The notes below the pieces were generated by a model, which worked only from the letters and a program-made list of their open reading frames with translations, had not been told where the DNA came from and made no database searches. A stretch of DNA of 38,433 nucleotides from Tolypothrix carrinoi HA7290-LM1 (GTDB lineage Bacteria > Cyanobacteriota > Cyanobacteriia > Cyanobacteriales > Nostocaceae). Where the stretch lies: positions 1 through 38,433 of the forward strand of contig JAHHIK010000083.1 in assembly GCA_019358935.1 (NCBI GenBank). The letters are read 5' to 3'. Positions 36,469 to 38,433 of this stretch are shown piece by piece. Both the position numbers and the translations under genes were made by a program. The first letter of the stretch is position 1. Each line of letters begins with the position of its first letter.

Positions 36469-37284
36469 ATGAAAAAATTAATTAAAGGTCTGCGCGAGTT
36501 TAAGGCTAACTATGTTAGCACGCATCAAGAACTCTTTGAACAACTATCTCTTGGTCAAAAACCCAGAGTGTTGTTTATTACTTGTTCAGATTCGCGTATA
36601 GACCCAAACTTAATTACGCAAGCCAACTTAGGTGAATTGTTTGTTATCCGCAATGCTGGCAACATTATTCCGCCATTTGGAGCAACCAACGGCGGTGAAG
36701 GTGCGACAATTGAATACGCCGTGCAAGCTTTAGATATTCGACAAATTATTGTCTGCGGTCACTCGCATTGCGGTGCAATGAAAGGGCTGATGAAGTTAAA
36801 CCAATTGCGAGAGGAAATGCCGCTTGTGCATGATTGGTTAAAGTATGCAGAGGCAACCCGACGATTGGTAAAAGACCATTACAGCCAATACCAGGGGGAA
36901 GAACTACTAGAAATTGTAATTGCTGAAAATGTACTGACTCAAATTGAAAATTTGCGGACTTATCCAGTTATTCGCTCCAAGCTGTACACTGGGCAACTAA
37001 ACATTTACGCATGGATTTACAACATTGAGAAAGGAGAAGTTTTAGCCTTCGATCCAGAAAGTCATGCTTATGTCTTGCCTCAAAACCAGCTCAAGGCTGA
37101 TGAAATCGATGAGACGCTACTTACTGAAGAGTTATTAAATGGCAATCTAGTCAAAACCATCTCCACTGAACAAATGGCAGTTGAACAGCCTCAAGAAGTT
37201 ATCTTTAACGCGCAAAGGTTTCCAATAACACGACTTTCAAAAAAGCAGGCAGAACGAATTTATCGAGGTTCAGCGGCAAACTGA
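36469..37284 (+). CDS. ccaA: Beta-carbonic anhydrase with a CcaA-type C-terminal extension
   Basis: Zn ligands CSDSR and HSHCG, GELFVIRNAGN, and a roughly 65-aa tail ending QAERIYRGS like carboxysomal CcaA. Confidence 0.8.
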   Translation: MKKLIKGLREFKANYVSTHQELFEQLSLGQKPRVLFITCSDSRIDPNLITQANLGELFVIRNAGNIIPPFGATNGGEGATIEYAVQALDIRQIIVCGHSHCGAMKGLMKLNQLREEMPLVHDWLKYAEATRRLVKDHYSQYQGEELLEIVIAENVLTQIENLRTYPVIRSKLYTGQLNIYAWIYNIEKGEVLAFDPESHAYVLPQNQLKADEIDETLLTEELLNGNLVKTISTEQMAVEQPQEVIFNAQRFPITRLSKKQAERIYRGSAAN

Positions 37285-37369
37285 TAATTCAACTTTGTCG
37301 AACATGCCAGAAGTATTCGCTTCATCGTTGCCACGCGCGATCGCGTTTTACTTGAACCTATCCCACTAA

Positions 37370-37750
37370 TACCAGATTGTGGTAATCTATTTTTGACTTG
37401 AGTTGGGTGTATCAGTTGATGGCTGGACGTTTTGAGGGATTGAGCGACCTGTCATTACAGTTATTTGAGGATATATTTTCTAAGCAGGCATCCAAGCGTG
37501 GTAAAGGAATGCCTCATGCACCGTATCGTCATGTATTAAATAGTCTGTTATACATTCTGATAACTGGATGTCGATGGTGTGACCTTCCACGAGGCGATAT
37601 ATGGGCATCGAAAAGCTCATCCCACCGATGGTTAAAGCGATGGCGTTCTGATGGAACATTTGAATATATACAAGGACGCGTAAAGCGCGATCGCGCTTTG
37701 AAAGGGGGCTTATAAACTGGGACTTTGGGGCTATTGACGGCTCTTTTTCC
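37370..37750 (+). mobile_element. Truncated, frameshifted IS5-family element (left end plus transposase N-terminus)
   Basis: TAA|TACCAG left end; MAGRFEGLSD...LNSLLYILITGCRWCDLP...HRWLKRW. Homology continues in another frame (GLINWDFGAIDGSFS) and then stops. Confidence 0.8.
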
Positions 37751-37769
37751 ATTTTTGATCGGGAGGAGT

Positions 37770-37797
37770 TAAAAAGTAAAAAGTAAAAAGTAAAAAG
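37770..37797. repeat. (TAAAAAG)x4 heptamer tract
   Basis: Direct reading of the sequence. Confidence 0.85.
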
Positions 37798-38149
37798 TAA
37801 TGCATAGAATCCCCATAAATAAATTCAGTTCTCTTTAACGAAGGACGCCTTGTTTCTTCGCGGCGGTTGGCGCATGTGAAATCTTCTGTCCGTCCACACG
37901 CCGCGTGCACTACGTGTCTTTTTACAAATTTTTATCTTCTTTTCCATGAATAAATTCAAAGGCGTAGAACCGTTTTATTTTTCTTTATGAGTGCCTTCTT
38001 ACAAAGCTTTGATGCCTTCTCTTCTCCTTCACCAGACGCCTTGGGCGAACGAGAGGCACGCGGCTACGGCAACGCATGCATAATCGCGAACGGAGTAAAC
38101 CGAGCGCGAGAACTTTGCGCTTTTAACTTTTAAATGAGTGCCTTGTTCG

Positions 38150-38314
38150 GTGAAGGCGGAATGTTTGCGGTTGCTAACTACGTTAAAATTAGACCCAGCG
38201 CGGATGCAATTAATTTCGGGGTTTGTGGGCGTGTATTTGAAACTGAATGCTGCGGAGGAGGAAGTTTTTAAAGCCACTGCCGATAGAATGGGATTAACCC
38301 ACAAGGAGTCGTAG
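38150..38314 (+). pseudogene. Internal fragment of an Rpn-family (recombination-promoting nuclease-like) gene
   Basis: Below the ORF-track cut-off: VKAECLRLLTTLKLDPARMQLISGFVGVYLKLNAAEEEVF...; matches the helical region of cyanobacterial Rpn-like proteins as remembered. Confidence 0.65.
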
Positions 38315-38433
38315 TTTTCCCCCATCCAAACTCACTTCTGGAATTGCTTGAAGGGCCGATGGTAGCTGTAGATCCTGTTTATTCACCTTTTCGTTGTAGG
38401 GTACTATGTCCTAGTTTCACCCCTGTTAATGCT
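38306..38433 (-). pseudogene. Frameshifted ISKra4-family transposase fragment running off the window
   Basis: ALTGVKLGHSTLQR, a frameshift, then VNKQDLQLPSALQAIPEVSLDGGKLRL; LTG...HST.QR and DGGK.RL are typical of these cyanobacterial transposases. Confidence 0.6.

Larger units (their letters stand above)
1..38433. other. HIP1 octamer (GCGATCGC) enrichment
   Basis: Roughly 40 perfect copies counted by eye, e.g. near 365, 818, 2795, 5912, 16427, 29978 and 37687. Confidence 0.9.

Noticed and set aside
38029..38325. 98-aa minus-strand ORF
   Set aside because: Mostly antisense to the Rpn-like fragment and out of frame with the ISKra4 fragment.

Overview
Chromosomal DNA from a cyanobacterium, probably a heterocyst-forming one (Nostocales-like): dense HIP1 GCGATCGC octamers and many 7-9 bp STRR-type tandem repeats. 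The left part is housekeeping (mnmA, nnr, uvsE, an Hsp70-family gene, an L,D-transpeptidase). It is followed by a hybrid sensor kinase and a receiver-kinase gene broken by two in-frame ochre codons. The centre (12.8-24.4 kb, with a second part at 30.3-33.2 kb) is the strongest candidate for an uncharacterised system. It encodes a sigma-70-like protein, a DUF1822-like protein, a membrane CHAT-CHASE2 receptor protease and a DUF928-like secreted protein. These converge on a haemagglutinin-domain (TpsA-like) exoprotein and a secreted TPR-CHAT protease. A second haemagglutinin paralogue and a small Cys-rich secreted peptide lie further right. A YagTSR/PaoABC-type molybdo-flavoenzyme operon and a CMD-family gene sit between the two paralogues. 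The right part has a membrane GTPase, a CcaA-like beta-carbonic anhydrase and a cluster of IS5, Rpn and ISKra4 fragments. Small mobile or repeated DNA is pervasive: an IS200/IS605 left end that rewrites the mnmA C-terminus, MITEs with target duplications, GTAG palindromes, two related 21-bp arrays and in-frame repeat insertions in four proteins. No rRNA, tRNA or CRISPR array was seen. All family assignments are from motif recognition by eye; no searches were run.
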